A stretch of DNA of 64,000 bases, from NCBI RefSeq assembly GCF_030384885.1, contig NZ_CP128613.1; one strand, 5' to 3'. The position numbers and the translations under genes were made by a program. Source of the DNA: Escherichia coli. GTDB taxonomy: Bacteria; Pseudomonadota; Gammaproteobacteria; Enterobacterales; Enterobacteriaceae. The notes below the pieces were generated by a model. It worked only from the letters and a program-made list of their open reading frames with translations, had not been told where the DNA came from and searched no databases. Positions 42,348 to 53,699 of this stretch are shown here, one piece after another. The stretch's first letter is position 1, and every line of letters begins with the position of its first letter.

Positions 42348-43476
42348 CAGCAGCGAAGAAAAAACAGAGAAACCCTCGGCGCAAAAGCTGCGTAAAGCGC
42401 GTGAAGAGGGACAACTGCCGCGCTCAAAGGATATAGGGCTGGCGGCGAGCCTGTTTGCGGCGTTTGTGGTGATCTCCAGCAGCTTCCCGTGGTATGCCGA
42501 TTTTGTACGCGAGAGTTTTATCAGCGTGCATCAGTACGCGCAGGAGATTAATAACCCGGAGGTGATCGGCCAGTTTCTGCGCCATCACCTGTTAATTCTC
42601 GGCAAGTTTATTCTCACCTTGCTACCGATGCCCGCCGCCGCGCTGCTCTCTTCGCTGGTGCCCGGTGGCTGGCTGTTCTTGCCAAAAAAAATCCTCCCGG
42701 ATTTCAGCAAAATCAGTCCGTTAAAAGGGATTGGGCGGCTGTTCTCCAGTGAACATCTTGCGGAAACAGGCAAGATGACGGCGAAGTCGGTGGTGGTGCT
42801 GGTGATGCTGTGGATTAGCCTGCGCAATAACTTTGCCGCCTTCCTCGGCCTGCAAGCGCTGCCGTTCAAACTGGCGATGAATGAGGGTTTGTCGCTCTAC
42901 GCCAGCGTGATGCGCAACTTTGTCATCCTGTTTATTTTCTTCGCGCTTATCGACGTGCCGCTGGCGAAAGCCCTGTTCACCAAAGGGCTGAAGATGACTA
43001 AGCAGGAGCTGAAAGAAGAGTACAAAAATCAGGAAGGCAAGCCGGAAGTGAAGGCGCGCGTGCGGCGGCTGCAACGGCAACTGGCGATGGGGCAAATTCG
43101 CAAAGTGGTGCCGAAAGCCAACGTGGTGATCACCAACCCGACCCACTACGCCGTGGCGTTGCAGTATGACCAGTCACGCGCCGCCGCGCCGTTTGTGGTG
43201 GCAAAAGGTACCGATGAAATCGCCCTCTATATTCGTCAGGTCGCCACTGAAAATCAGGTGGAAGTGGTCGAGTTCCCGCGACTGGCGCGCTCGGTTTACT
43301 ACACCACCCAGGTGAATCAGCAAATTCCGTTTCAGCTTTACCGGGCCATCGCCCACGTTCTGACCTACGTCCTGCAAATGAAACACTGGCGCGACGGCGC
43401 ACAGCCGCGCCCGGCTCTGAACAGACATATTTCCATTCCCAAAGAGGTGCTTAAACTGGATGGCGAAAACAACTAA
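42337..43476 (+). CDS. lfhB: Flagellar export apparatus switch protein (FlhB homologue), Flag-2
   Basis: 379 aa with NPTH autocleavage motif (VVITNPTHYAVAL). Confidence 0.9.
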   Translation: MADSSSEEKTEKPSAQKLRKAREEGQLPRSKDIGLAASLFAAFVVISSSFPWYADFVRESFISVHQYAQEINNPEVIGQFLRHHLLILGKFILTLLPMPAAALLSSLVPGGWLFLPKKILPDFSKISPLKGIGRLFSSEHLAETGKMTAKSVVVLVMLWISLRNNFAAFLGLQALPFKLAMNEGLSLYASVMRNFVILFIFFALIDVPLAKALFTKGLKMTKQELKEEYKNQEGKPEVKARVRRLQRQLAMGQIRKVVPKANVVITNPTHYAVALQYDQSRAAAPFVVAKGTDEIALYIRQVATENQVEVVEFPRLARSVYYTTQVNQQIPFQLYRAIAHVLTYVLQMKHWRDGAQPRPALNRHISIPKEVLKLDGENN

Positions 43477-45553
43477 ATCGTTCCTCGCGCTACTGCGCGG
43501 CGGCAATCTCGGCGTGCCGCTGGTGATCTTGTGTATTCTGGCGATGGTTATTTTGCCGCTGCCGCCTGCGCTGCTGGATATTCTGTTCACCTTCAACATT
43601 GTGCTGGCGGTGATGGTGCTGCTGGTGGCGGTGTCGGCGAAACGTCCGCTGGAATTCAGCCTGTTCCCGACTATTTTGCTGATCACCACCTTAATGCGCC
43701 TGACGCTTAACGTTGCTTCTACGCGCGTGGTGCTGCTGCACGGGCATCTCGGCGCGGGCGCAGCGGGTAAGGTGATTGAGTCGTTTGGTCAGGTGGTGAT
43801 TGGCGGCAACTTTGTCGTCGGTTTCGTGGTGTTTATCATCCTGATGATCATCAACTTTATTGTCGTCACCAAAGGGGCCGAGCGTATTTCCGAGGTTTCT
43901 GCCCGCTTTACCCTAGACGCGATGCCCGGCAAGCAAATGGCGATTGACGCCGATCTTAACGCCGGGTTGATCAACCAGGCGCAGGCGCAGACCCGCCGCA
44001 AAGATGTTGCCAGCGAGGCCGATTTCTACGGCGCGATGGACGGGGCATCGAAGTTTGTGCGCGGGGATGCCATCGCCGGGATGATGATTCTGGCGATCAA
44101 CCTGATTGGCGGCGTTTGTATCGGGATCTTCAAATACAACCTGAGCGCCGATGCCGCCTTCCAGCAGTATGTGCTGATGACCATCGGTGACGGGCTGGTA
44201 GCGCAGATCCCGTCCCTGCTGCTCTCTACCGCGGCAGCGATTATCGTCACCCGCGTCAGCGACAACGGCGATATCGCCCATGACGTGCGCCATCAGTTGC
44301 TGGCAAGCCCGTCGGTGCTCTACACCGCCACCGGGATTATGTTCGTGCTGGCGGTGGTGCCGGGAATGCCGCACTTCCCGTTCCTGATGTTCAGCGCCTT
44401 GCTTGGCTTTACCGGCTGGCGAATGAGCAAACGCCCGCAGGCGGCGGAGGCGGAAGAGAAAAGCCTCGAAACGCTGACCCGCACAATCACTGAAACCAGC
44501 GAGCAACAGGTCAGTTGGGAAACCATTCCGCTGATCGAGCCCATCAGTTTAAGCCTCGGTTACAAGCTGGTGGCGCTGGTGGACAAAGCGCAGGGCAACC
44601 CGCTCACCCAGCGTATTCGCGGCGTGCGGCAGGTGATTTCCGACGGCAACGGCGTGCTGCTGCCGGAGATCCGTATTCGCGAAAACTTCCGCCTCAAGCC
44701 CAGCCAGTACGCCATTTTCATCAACGGCATTAAGGCTGATGAAGCTGATATTCCGGCGGATAAACTGATGGCGTTGCCCTCCAGCGAAACCTACGGCGAG
44801 ATAGACGGCGTGCTGGGGAACGACCCGGCGTACGGGATGCCGGTCACCTGGATTCAGCCCGCGCAGAAGGCGAAGGCGCTGAATATGGGGTATCAGGTGA
44901 TCGACAGCGCCAGCGTGATTGCTACCCATGTTAATAAGATTGTGCGCAGCTATATTCCTGATTTGTTTAACTATGACGACATCACGCAGTTGCATAACCG
45001 TTTGTCGTCAATGGCACCGCGCCTGGCAGAGGATTTGAGTGCGGCGCTGAATTACAGCCAGTTGCTGAAAGTGTACCGGGCACTACTGACCGAAGGCGTT
45101 TCCCTGCGCGATATCGTCACCATCGCCACCGTGCTGGTCGCCAGTAGCACCGTCACCAAAGATCATATTCTGCTGGCGGCCGATGTGCGCCTGGCACTGC
45201 GGCGCAGCATTACCCATCCGTTCGTTCGCAAGCAGGAGCTGACGGTGTATACGCTGAATAATGAGCTGGAAAACCTGCTGTCCAACGTGGTGAATCAGGC
45301 GCAACAGGCTGGCAAAGTGATGCTCGATAGCGTGCCGGTGGACCCGAATATGCTCAACCAGTTCCAGAACACGATGCCGCAGGTGAAAGAGCAGATGAAA
45401 GCGGCAGGGAAAGACCCGGTGCTGCTGGTGCCGCCGCAGTTGCGCCCTTTGCTGGCGCGTTATGCGAGGTTGTTTGCGCCGGGGTTGCATGTGCTGTCGT
45501 ATAACGAAGTGCCGGACGAGCTGGAGTTGAAGATTATGGGGGCGTTGAGTTGA
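43460..45553 (+). CDS. lfhA: Flagellar export apparatus gate protein (FlhA homologue), Flag-2, full length
   Basis: 697 aa; N-terminal TM domain, conserved FHIPx-like region and cytoplasmic C-domain. Confidence 0.9.
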   Translation: MAKTTKSFLALLRGGNLGVPLVILCILAMVILPLPPALLDILFTFNIVLAVMVLLVAVSAKRPLEFSLFPTILLITTLMRLTLNVASTRVVLLHGHLGAGAAGKVIESFGQVVIGGNFVVGFVVFIILMIINFIVVTKGAERISEVSARFTLDAMPGKQMAIDADLNAGLINQAQAQTRRKDVASEADFYGAMDGASKFVRGDAIAGMMILAINLIGGVCIGIFKYNLSADAAFQQYVLMTIGDGLVAQIPSLLLSTAAAIIVTRVSDNGDIAHDVRHQLLASPSVLYTATGIMFVLAVVPGMPHFPFLMFSALLGFTGWRMSKRPQAAEAEEKSLETLTRTITETSEQQVSWETIPLIEPISLSLGYKLVALVDKAQGNPLTQRIRGVRQVISDGNGVLLPEIRIRENFRLKPSQYAIFINGIKADEADIPADKLMALPSSETYGEIDGVLGNDPAYGMPVTWIQPAQKAKALNMGYQVIDSASVIATHVNKIVRSYIPDLFNYDDITQLHNRLSSMAPRLAEDLSAALNYSQLLKVYRALLTEGVSLRDIVTIATVLVASSTVTKDHILLAADVRLALRRSITHPFVRKQELTVYTLNNELENLLSNVVNQAQQAGKVMLDSVPVDPNMLNQFQNTMPQVKEQMKAAGKDPVLLVPPQLRPLLARYARLFAPGLHVLSYNEVPDELELKIMGALS

Positions 45554-45636
45554 TTGAGGATTCTTTTCCATACTTTGCAGCACCTGACACCATTAATTGA
45601 CGTCACACTGCAAAGAGACTACGATGACACCATACA

Positions 45637-45936
45637 ATGACGTCATGGATTGATAGTATGATTAAGGTCAGCGCGCTAGGCTCTCGTCATAGAAAAACAT
45701 TCGACGATGTAATGACGGAGCCGCCAAAATCTGGAATTAAATGGGATGATGTTGTTGCTCTCATTAAAGCGGTGGGTGGCTCAATAAAAAATAACAACGG
45801 CTCCAGACGAAAATTTCAGATTGGAACGACCAAATTCAGCACACATGAGCCGCATCCAAAGAATGTGATGGATAAAGGCGCAGTAGCAGGTCTTAAGGAG
45901 TGGTTTGTTAACTGTGTAGGGGTAGATTATGAATAA
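45637..45936 (+). CDS. HicA-like (YcfA fold) putative mRNA-interferase toxin
   Basis: 99 aa; ...KWDDVVALIKAVGGSIKNNNGSRRKFQIGTTKFSTHEPHPKNVMDKGAVAGLKEW resembles the HicA helix-strand-HxP pattern; 8-bp overlap with the downstream partner. Confidence 0.5.
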   Translation: MTSWIDSMIKVSALGSRHRKTFDDVMTEPPKSGIKWDDVVALIKAVGGSIKNNNGSRRKFQIGTTKFSTHEPHPKNVMDKGAVAGLKEWFVNCVGVDYE

Positions 45937-46285
45937 AGCATCGAACATTATCACAATTAAAGGTCAACCAGCCGCAGTGACATTTGAAGCCGATATCAAC
46001 GCATTTCGCGGCAAGTTCCTCAATGTAAACGGTTATTGTGACTTTGTAGCCACAAGTATTGAGGCATTATATCGTGAAGGCGAAAGCGCTCTGGATGAGT
46101 GGATGGCGGATTGTGAAGAGGACGGTATTGCCCCTTTTCGTGAAGAAGAAGAGCAAAAACGCCTGACGCTTCGTGTGCCGCATCACATCGATTCGCGGCT
46201 GACCATCGTCGCCAGACAACATTCCATTTCAAAAAACCAGCTCATTATTGATGTCTTAGAACGTGAGTTTTCAGCCCAGATGTAA
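45929..46285 (+). CDS. HicB-like putative antitoxin with C-terminal ribbon-helix-helix DNA-binding tail
   Basis: 118 aa; acidic linker then RLTLRVPHHIDSRLTIVARQHSISKNQLIIDVLEREF (RHH-like). Confidence 0.5.
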   Translation: MNKASNIITIKGQPAAVTFEADINAFRGKFLNVNGYCDFVATSIEALYREGESALDEWMADCEEDGIAPFREEEEQKRLTLRVPHHIDSRLTIVARQHSISKNQLIIDVLEREFSAQM

Positions 46286-46318
46286 ACAGGTCGGATGCCG
46301 CGTGGCATCCGACCTGTT
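46285..46318. terminator. Perfect hairpin between the HicB-like gene and yafL (bidirectional)
   Basis: AACAGGTCGGATGCCGCGTGGCATCCGACCTGTT. Confidence 0.6.
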
Positions 46319-46341
46319 GCCAGTTCGTCAATATTACCCAT

Positions 46342-47100
46342 TTACAAAATCGTCTCTTCCGTCAAAATCCGCCGCGCGCCTAAAAAATGATCATGCCAGA
46401 AAGGTTCAGCTAACCGACTTACCCGAATGGTTTCCCCGGTGCGCGGCGACTCGATAAACTGACCGTCTCCCAGATACACGCCCATATGGTCGGCAATCTC
46501 GCGGCTGTGAATATGGAAAAACAGCAAATCTCCCCGGCGCAGGTCGTTATTTGCCACAATGGTTGCCCGACGGTAGTGATACATCTCATTGGCCGTGCGC
46601 GGGAGTTTCGCCTCGAGGATCTTGTTGTAGGCATAAAAAACCAACCCGCTACAGTCGAAGCCTTGATCGGGTCGCGTGCCGCCCCAGACGTATGGCTTGC
46701 CAAGCTGCTGCTCCAGACGGTGAATCGCCACTTCGGTGATATTATGCAGGTGGTTACTGCTGAGGAAATGATTGTTTTCCGCCAGCGCCTGCCAGCGTCT
46801 GTCACTCGCCTTGAGCGGCGCAGGAAACCATTCTGGATGCTGTTTTATCTGTTCGCGGTTGTGTTGCCGCAGTGCCCTTCTGCTTTCGGCATTGCCTTCC
46901 ACAATATAGCTGGCCTGCTTTTTCAGATGAATTTGGTACTGTTTTAATAAACGCGCACGGTTTTGCATCCGCTGGCGGGCGGCGTAGCTGAAAGAGATAT
47001 GTGATGTGGTGGCGCTGGCGAGTAAAGGGAGCAAAACGCATAACGAAAACACGCCTGGATGCAGAAATCTGCCGAGCAAGAACGAAGACATGAAGGACAT
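46342..47100 (-). CDS. yafL: NlpC/P60-family peptidoglycan endopeptidase lipoprotein YafL
   Basis: 252 aa with signal peptide; C/H/H catalytic pattern (DCSGLV...H). Confidence 0.8.
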   Translation of the reverse strand: MSFMSSFLLGRFLHPGVFSLCVLLPLLASATTSHISFSYAARQRMQNRARLLKQYQIHLKKQASYIVEGNAESRRALRQHNREQIKQHPEWFPAPLKASDRRWQALAENNHFLSSNHLHNITEVAIHRLEQQLGKPYVWGGTRPDQGFDCSGLVFYAYNKILEAKLPRTANEMYHYRRATIVANNDLRRGDLLFFHIHSREIADHMGVYLGDGQFIESPRTGETIRVSRLAEPFWHDHFLGARRILTEETIL

Positions 47101-47391
47101 AAACCGGCTGAATGAAGGTGAGAATTTTAAAAGACCGGAGGAGTAAACGGGATTATTAATTGCTTATTTGCATATTACTATTGAGGTTTCATAATCTTAG
47201 GAAATAAATGATACATGCGCTTTTCGGACTAATGAAAACTGCCCTTGTGCTAAATTTGTAAACCCTGCGCCGACAGGCTTGCGTAAAACTCTTTTGGTGA
47301 TAATGTGAGCCTTCCAAATCCAGACTATTCCGATTTGGGATCCATTTTGCCGTCCTGGCGTGTGTAACCGTTTTATCAAGGAATAAGCAGT

Positions 47392-48132
47392 ATGCGTAAA
47401 ATCGCATTAATTCTTGCGATGTTGTTGATCCCGTGCGTTTCGTTTGCCGGTTTGCTGGGCAGCAGTAGCTCGACCACGCCAGTGAGCAAAGAGTATAAGC
47501 AGCAGTTGATGGGATCCCCTGTCTACATCCAGATCTTCAAGGAAGAACGTACGCTCGATCTCTACGTCAAAATGGGCGAGCAATATCAACTGCTCGACAG
47601 CTATAAAATCTGTAAATATTCCGGCGGCTTGGGGCCAAAACAGCGTCAGGGCGATTTCAAAAGCCCGGAAGGGTTTTATAGCGTCCAGCGTAATCAGTTA
47701 AAACCAGACAGCCGTTACTACAAGGCGATTAATATCGGTTTCCCCAATGCCTATGACCGTGCGCATGGTTATGAAGGGAAATACCTGATGATCCACGGCG
47801 ATTGTGTTTCCATCGGCTGCTACGCGATGACCAATCAGGGTATTGATGAGATCTTCCAGTTCGTTACTGGTGCGCTGGTGTTTGGTCAGCCGAGCGTGCA
47901 AGTGAGTATTTACCCGTTCCGCATGACCGACGCCAATATGAAGCGCCATAAATATTCCAACTTTAAGGACTTCTGGGAGCAACTGAAGCCGGGCTACGAC
48001 TACTTTGAGCAAACCCGTAAGCCACCGACCGTTTCTGTGGTCAATGGCCGTTACGTGGTCAGCAAGCCGTTAAGCCACGAAGTTGTGCAACCACAGCTGG
48101 CATCAAACTACACGCTCCCCGAGGCAAAATAA
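47392..48132 (+). CDS. yafK: L,D-transpeptidase-fold periplasmic protein YafK
   Basis: 246 aa with signal peptide; YkuD-like motif ...[14 protein letters not shown]. Confidence 0.85.
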   Translation: MRKIALILAMLLIPCVSFAGLLGSSSSTTPVSKEYKQQLMGSPVYIQIFKEERTLDLYVKMGEQYQLLDSYKICKYSGGLGPKQRQGDFKSPEGFYSVQRNQLKPDSRYYKAINIGFPNAYDRAHGYEGKYLMIHGDCVSIGCYAMTNQGIDEIFQFVTGALVFGQPSVQVSIYPFRMTDANMKRHKYSNFKDFWEQLKPGYDYFEQTRKPPTVSVVNGRYVVSKPLSHEVVQPQLASNYTLPEAK

Positions 48133-48870
48133 GCGCCATTCGCCTGGCATAATCTTTTGCCAGGTTTCATTGCCCGTCAGCGGCTGTGTTGCAATCACCG
48201 TGACCACATCATTCGGTGTGGTCTGCGAGCTGAAGTCGATTTCCACATCCTGATCCAGCAACGTTGCCACGCCAAACGGCGCGCGGCGGGTGATCCAGTG
48301 TAAATTAGTCGAGCAATACGCCATTACATAGCGCCCGTCCGAAAGCAGCATGTTGAAAACGCCCTTCTGCCGCAGTTCATCCGCCAGTGAGGCGATATAT
48401 TTAAATACCGCCGCCATGTTGCCCGGTGTGCGCGGGTAACGCTGCGTTAATTTATGTAGGAGCCAGCAGAAGGCTTTTTCGCTGTCGGTTTCGCCTACCG
48501 GGCGGAAGTTGCCGGTTTCCAGTGATTTGTAGCCCGTCAGTTGTCCGTTATGGGCATAAGTCCAGTTACGCCCCCATAACTCGCGGGTAAATGGGTGAGT
48601 ATTTTCCAGCGCCACCTCGCCCCGATTAGCCTGGCGAATATGAGCCACCACCGAACAGGATTTTATCGGGTAGTCCTGGACAAGTTTGGCGATGGGGGAA
48701 TTAAAGCTGGGTTGTGGATCTTTAAATGTGCGACAGCCTTTACCTTCGTAAAAGGTAATGCCCCAGCCATCTTTATGTGGCCCGGTTCCACCACCACGCT
48801 GTACAAGTCCGGTGAAACTAAAGCAGATATCGGTAGGGACGTTGGCGCTCATCCCGAGCAATTCGCACAT
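48103..48870 (-). CDS. yafJ: Class II glutamine amidotransferase-like protein YafJ
   Basis: ORF 48103..48885; start [12 protein letters not shown] with Cys2 nucleophile. Confidence 0.85.
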   Translation of the reverse strand: MCELLGMSANVPTDICFSFTGLVQRGGGTGPHKDGWGITFYEGKGCRTFKDPQPSFNSPIAKLVQDYPIKSCSVVAHIRQANRGEVALENTHPFTRELWGRNWTYAHNGQLTGYKSLETGNFRPVGETDSEKAFCWLLHKLTQRYPRTPGNMAAVFKYIASLADELRQKGVFNMLLSDGRYVMAYCSTNLHWITRRAPFGVATLLDQDVEIDFSSQTTPNDVVTVIATQPLTGNETWQKIMPGEWRLFCLGERVV

Positions 48871-48940
48871 CGGTAACCTCCACAACAGCGGGAGCGCATG
48901 GCCCCCGGCGAAGATTGATTAAAAAGTAATAAGGTGCAGG

Positions 48941-48985
48941 CTGTTACCCTCACCCCGGCCCTCTCCCTGATAGGGAGAGGGAGAA
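48941..48985. repeat. GC-rich palindromic element (boxC/RSA-like), copy 3 (single unit)
   Basis: CCTCACCCCGGCCCTCTCCCTGATAGGGAGAGGGAGAAAAGCCC. Confidence 0.65.
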
Positions 48986-48991
48986 AAGCCC

Positions 48992-49570
48992 TTACTTAGC
49001 CATCTCTTTTTCAATTAACTGGATCAGGATATGGATCACTTTAATGTGAATCTCCTGAATGCGGTCGGCATAACCAAAGTGCGGAACGCGAATTTCGATA
49101 TCCGCCGTGCCAGCCATTTTGCCGCCGTCTTTACCGGTCAGGGTGATCACTTTCATCCCCTTCTCACGCGCCGCTGCGATCGCTTTGATCACGTTTGCAG
49201 AGTTACCAGAGGTGGAGATCCCCAGCAGTACATCGCCTTCGCGACCTACCGCTTCAACGTAACGGGAGAAAATATCATTGAAACCGAAATCGTTACCGAC
49301 GCAGGAAATATGACTAACGTCAGAAATGGCAATCGCCGGATAGCCCGGACGGTTTTCACGGTAGCGCCCCGTCAACTCTTCGGCAAAGTGCATGGCGTCG
49401 CAATGGGAACCGCCATTACCGCAGGAAAGCACCTTACCACCGGCTTTAAAGCTATCTGCTAACAGGACCGCCGCGCGCTGAATGGCGTGAATATTGGCGT
49501 CATCTTTTAAAAAGTTAGCCAGCGTTTCCGCCGCTTCGTTCAGTTCGTTACGAATAAGATCCTGGTACAT
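48992..49570 (-). CDS. gmhA: Phosphoheptose isomerase (sedoheptulose-7-phosphate isomerase)
   Basis: ORF 48992..49732; likely start [17 protein letters not shown] (192 aa), SIS domain. Confidence 0.9.
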   Translation of the reverse strand: MYQDLIRNELNEAAETLANFLKDDANIHAIQRAAVLLADSFKAGGKVLSCGNGGSHCDAMHFAEELTGRYRENRPGYPAIAISDVSHISCVGNDFGFNDIFSRYVEAVGREGDVLLGISTSGNSANVIKAIAAAREKGMKVITLTGKDGGKMAGTADIEIRVPHFGYADRIQEIHIKVIHILIQLIEKEMAK

Positions 49571-49809
49571 GAGGATATCCTTCAGCATAAATGTAATAGA
49601 CAAAATGCAGTGTACCGGATACCGCCAAAAGCGAGAAGTACGGGCAGGTGCGATGACCAGGACTTTTTGACCTGAAGTGCGGATAAAAACAGCAACAATG
49701 TGAGCTTTGTTGTAATTATATTGTAAACACATTGCTAAATATTTTTACATCCACTACAACCATATCATCACAAGTGGTCAGACCTCCTACAAGTAAGGGG
49801 CTTTTCGTT

Positions 49810-52254
49810 ATGATGATTTTGAGTATTCTCGCTACGGTTGTCCTGCTCGGCGCGTTGTTCTATCACCGCGTGAGCTTATTTATCAGCAGTCTGATTTTGC
49901 TCGCCTGGACAGCCGCCCTCGGCGTCGCTGGTCTGTGGTCGGCGTGGGTACTGGTGCCTCTGGCCATTATCCTCGTGCCATTTAACTTTGCGCCTATGCG
50001 TAAGTCGATGATTTCCGCGCCGGTATTTCGTGGATTCCGTAAGGTGATGCCACCGATGTCACGCACTGAAAAAGAAGCGATTGATGCAGGCACTACCTGG
50101 TGGGAAGGCGACTTGTTCCAGGGTAAGCCGGACTGGAAAAAGCTGCATAACTATCCGCAGCCGCGCCTGACCGCAGAAGAGCAAGCGTTTCTCGACGGCC
50201 CGGTAGAAGAAGCCTGCCGGATGGCGAATGATTTCCAGATTACTCATGAGCTGGCTGATTTGCCGCCGGAGCTGTGGGCGTACCTTAAAGAGCATCGCTT
50301 CTTCGCGATGATCATCAAAAAAGAGTACGGCGGGCTGGAGTTCTCGGCTTATGCCCAATCTCGTGTGCTGCAAAAACTCTCCGGCGTGAGCGGGATCCTG
50401 GCGATTACCGTCGGCGTGCCGAACTCATTAGGCCCGGGCGAGCTGCTGCAACATTACGGCACTGACGAGCAGAAAAATCACTATCTGCCGCGTCTGGCGC
50501 GTGGTCAGGAGCTCCCTTGCTTTGCACTGACCAGCCCGGAAGCGGGTTCCGATGCGGGCGCGATTCCGGATACCGGGATTGTCTGCATGGGCGAGTGGCA
50601 GGGCCAGCAGGTGCTGGGGATGCGACTGACCTGGAACAAACGCTACATTACGCTCGCGCCAATTGCTACCGTGCTTGGGCTGGCGTTTAAACTCTCCGAC
50701 CCGGAAAAACTGCTGGGTGGTGCAGAAGATTTAGGCATTACTTGTGCGCTGATCCCGACCACCACGCCAGGCGTGGAAATTGGTCGTCGCCACTTTCCGC
50801 TGAACGTACCGTTCCAGAACGGACCGACGCGCGGCAAAGATGTCTTCGTACCGATCGACTACATTATCGGCGGACCAAAAATGGCCGGGCAAGGCTGGCG
50901 GATGCTGGTGGAGTGTCTCTCCGTGGGCCGCGGCATCACCCTACCTTCCAACTCAACCGGCGGCGTGAAATCGGTAGCGCTGGCAACGGGCGCGTATGCG
51001 CACATTCGCCGTCAGTTCAAAATCTCTATCGGTAAGATGGAAGGGATTGAAGAGCCGCTGGCGCGTATTGCCGGGAACGCTTATGTAATGGATGCTGCGG
51101 CATCGCTGATTACCTACGGCATTATGCTCGGTGAAAAACCTGCCGTGCTGTCGGCTATCGTTAAGTATCACTGTACCCACCGCGGGCAGCAGTCGATTAT
51201 TGATGCGATGGATATCACCGGGGGCAAAGGCATTATGCTCGGGCAAAGCAACTTCCTGGCCCGTGCTTACCAGGGCGCACCGATTGCCATCACCGTTGAA
51301 GGGGCCAACATTCTGACCCGCAGCATGATGATCTTCGGTCAGGGAGCGATTCGTTGCCATCCGTACGTGCTGGAAGAGATGGAAGCGGCGAAGAACAATG
51401 ACGTTAACGCGTTCGATAAACTGCTATTCAAACATATCGGCCACGTCGGCAGTAACAAAGTTCGCAGCTTCTGGCTGGGCCTGACGCGCGGTTTAACCAG
51501 CAGCACACCAACCGGCGATGCCACTAAACGTTATTATCAGCACCTGAACCGCCTGAGTGCCAACCTCGCCCTGCTTTCTGATGTTTCGATGGCGGTGCTG
51601 GGCGGCAGCCTGAAACGTCGCGAACGCATCTCGGCACGTCTGGGGGATATTTTAAGTCAGCTTTACCTCGCCTCTGCCGTTCTGAAGCGTTATGACGACG
51701 AAGGCCGTAATGAAGCCGACCTGCCGCTGGTGCATTGGGGCGTACAGGATGCGCTGTATCAGGCTGAACAGGCAATGGACGATTTACTGCAAAACTTCCC
51801 GAACCGCGTGGTTGCCGGGCTGCTGAATGTGGTGATCTTCCCGACCGGACGCCATTATCTGGCACCGTCTGACAAACTGGATCATAAAGTGGCGAAGATT
51901 TTACAAGTGCCTAACGCCACCCGTTCACGTATTGGTCGCGGTCAGTACCTGACGCCGAGCGAGCATAACCCGGTTGGTTTACTGGAAGAGGCGCTGGTGG
52001 ATGTGATTGCCGCCGATCCGATTCATCAGCGGATCTGTAAAGAGCTGGGTAAAAACCTGCCATTTACCCGTCTGGATGAACTGGCGCACAACGCGCTGGC
52101 AAAGGGGCTGATTGATAAAGATGAAGCCGCTATTCTGGTGAAAGCTGAAGAGAGTCGTCTGCGCAGTATTAACGTTGATGACTTTGAGCCGGAAGAGCTG
52201 GCGACGAAGCCGGTAAAGTTGCCGGAGAAAGTGCGGAAAGTTGAAGCCGCATAA
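49810..52254 (+). CDS. fadE: Acyl-CoA dehydrogenase FadE
   Basis: ORF 49732..52254; likely start [17 protein letters not shown] (814 aa). Confidence 0.9.
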   Translation: MMILSILATVVLLGALFYHRVSLFISSLILLAWTAALGVAGLWSAWVLVPLAIILVPFNFAPMRKSMISAPVFRGFRKVMPPMSRTEKEAIDAGTTWWEGDLFQGKPDWKKLHNYPQPRLTAEEQAFLDGPVEEACRMANDFQITHELADLPPELWAYLKEHRFFAMIIKKEYGGLEFSAYAQSRVLQKLSGVSGILAITVGVPNSLGPGELLQHYGTDEQKNHYLPRLARGQELPCFALTSPEAGSDAGAIPDTGIVCMGEWQGQQVLGMRLTWNKRYITLAPIATVLGLAFKLSDPEKLLGGAEDLGITCALIPTTTPGVEIGRRHFPLNVPFQNGPTRGKDVFVPIDYIIGGPKMAGQGWRMLVECLSVGRGITLPSNSTGGVKSVALATGAYAHIRRQFKISIGKMEGIEEPLARIAGNAYVMDAAASLITYGIMLGEKPAVLSAIVKYHCTHRGQQSIIDAMDITGGKGIMLGQSNFLARAYQGAPIAITVEGANILTRSMMIFGQGAIRCHPYVLEEMEAAKNNDVNAFDKLLFKHIGHVGSNKVRSFWLGLTRGLTSSTPTGDATKRYYQHLNRLSANLALLSDVSMAVLGGSLKRRERISARLGDILSQLYLASAVLKRYDDEGRNEADLPLVHWGVQDALYQAEQAMDDLLQNFPNRVVAGLLNVVIFPTGRHYLAPSDKLDHKVAKILQVPNATRSRIGRGQYLTPSEHNPVGLLEEALVDVIAADPIHQRICKELGKNLPFTRLDELAHNALAKGLIDKDEAAILVKAEESRLRSINVDDFEPEELATKPVKLPEKVRKVEAA

Positions 52255-52261
52255 TTGAATA

Positions 52262-52281
52262 ACGGAGCCGAAAGGCTCCGT
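52262..52281. terminator. Hairpin between convergent fadE and ivy
   Basis: ACGGAGCCGAAAGGCTCCGT followed by TTTCATT. Confidence 0.6.
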
Positions 52282-52296
52282 TTCATTATCCGCTAA

Positions 52297-52770
52297 TTAT
52301 TTAAAATTAAAGCCATCCGGATGATTTTCCAGGCTGCCGGTCAACGCCGCGAATAGCACCGTTTTACCATCAATCGAAAGCGCATCATTCACATTCAACC
52401 AGGTGAGTTTCTCTTGCGACGTTTTCTCATCAATGGTCGAGAACAGCCCCGTCATCTGATTAGATTTCTCGGACCACATCACAGCGATACGTTGCGAGCC
52501 ACAGTCATGCGGTTTGCACGCGCTCATCACCTGATACGTCTCATCTCCCAACGTTACGGTTTGTGCAGGGGTATAAGTCCCGCCTTTCATCACCCAGGCA
52601 GGCAGCTTATGCCCTTGCACCATCTGATTAAACGCAGCTTTGGTGGTTTCGCCCTTTGCAAGGCTGCTAATGGTTAAATCATCCTGCGCCATTGCACTGG
52701 TGGCGATGACCAGAGCGGCGACTGTTGTTATTGCCTTAAACATCATTCCTCCCGAGCTTATCCTGCCCAT
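52297..52770 (-). CDS. ivy: Inhibitor of vertebrate lysozyme (Ivy)
   Basis: 157 aa, signal peptide, CKPHDCG loop motif. Confidence 0.9.
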   Translation of the reverse strand: MGRISSGGMMFKAITTVAALVIATSAMAQDDLTISSLAKGETTKAAFNQMVQGHKLPAWVMKGGTYTPAQTVTLGDETYQVMSACKPHDCGSQRIAVMWSEKSNQMTGLFSTIDEKTSQEKLTWLNVNDALSIDGKTVLFAALTGSLENHPDGFNFK

Positions 52771-52914
52771 GTTATTAACCTCCTAAAGCCTGGCGATAAC
52801 ACGATAATTTGCAAATCAGATATTTCCAATATCAGCATTTGTTATCAATTTATTCTGCGCTAAGGCAACTGCCTGATAAGGTGTTAAAGTTATAAAACCC
52901 TTCACATAAAGGAG

Positions 52915-53694
52915 TTGTACACCGTGCCTGGCTTGAAGATTACGCTTTTGCAGCAACCACTGGTGTGGATGGATGGTCCTGCCAACCTGCGCCATTTTGA
53001 TCGTCAACTAGAAGGTATTACCGGGCGCGATGTGATCGTTCTACCGGAGATGTTTACCAGCGGCTTTGCCATGGAAGCGGCAGCTTCGTCGCTAGCACAA
53101 GATGACGTAGTGAACTGGATGACAGCTAAAGCGCAGCAGTGCAATGCGCTGATTGCAGGCAGTGTTGCATTACAAACGGAGTCTGGTTCGGTTAACCGCT
53201 TTTTGCTGGTTGAGCCGGGCGGCACGGTACATTTTTATGATAAGCGTCATCTGTTCCGAATGGCAGATGAGCATCTGCATTATAAAGCGGGCAATGCGCG
53301 AGTGATTGTGGAATGGCGCGGCTGGCGTATTTTGCCGCTGGTGTGCTACGACCTGCGTTTTCCGGTGTGGTCGCGCAATCTCAACGATTATGACCTCGCC
53401 ATCTACGTTGCCAACTGGCCTGCACCGCGCTCTCTGCACTGGCAGGCATTGCTGACGGCCCGCGCGATTGAGAATCAGGCGTATGTGGCGGGATGCAATC
53501 GCGTCGGCAGCGATGGCAACGGCTGCCATTATCGCGGTGACAGCCGGGTGATTAATCCACAGGGCGAGATTATTACTACTGCCGACGCGCATCAGGCAAC
53601 GCGCATTGATGCCGAGTTGTCGATGGCGGTGTTAAGGGAATATAGAGAAAAGTTTCCAGCATGGCGGGATGCGGATGAGTTTAGGTTGTGGTGA
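52915..53694 (+). CDS. yafV: Nitrilase-superfamily omega-amidase YafV
   Basis: 259-aa ORF; carbon-nitrogen hydrolase pattern (E...K...C triad context). Confidence 0.85.
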   Translation: MYTVPGLKITLLQQPLVWMDGPANLRHFDRQLEGITGRDVIVLPEMFTSGFAMEAAASSLAQDDVVNWMTAKAQQCNALIAGSVALQTESGSVNRFLLVEPGGTVHFYDKRHLFRMADEHLHYKAGNARVIVEWRGWRILPLVCYDLRFPVWSRNLNDYDLAIYVANWPAPRSLHWQALLTARAIENQAYVAGCNRVGSDGNGCHYRGDSRVINPQGEIITTADAHQATRIDAELSMAVLREYREKFPAWRDADEFRLW

Positions 53695-53699
53695 GTGGG

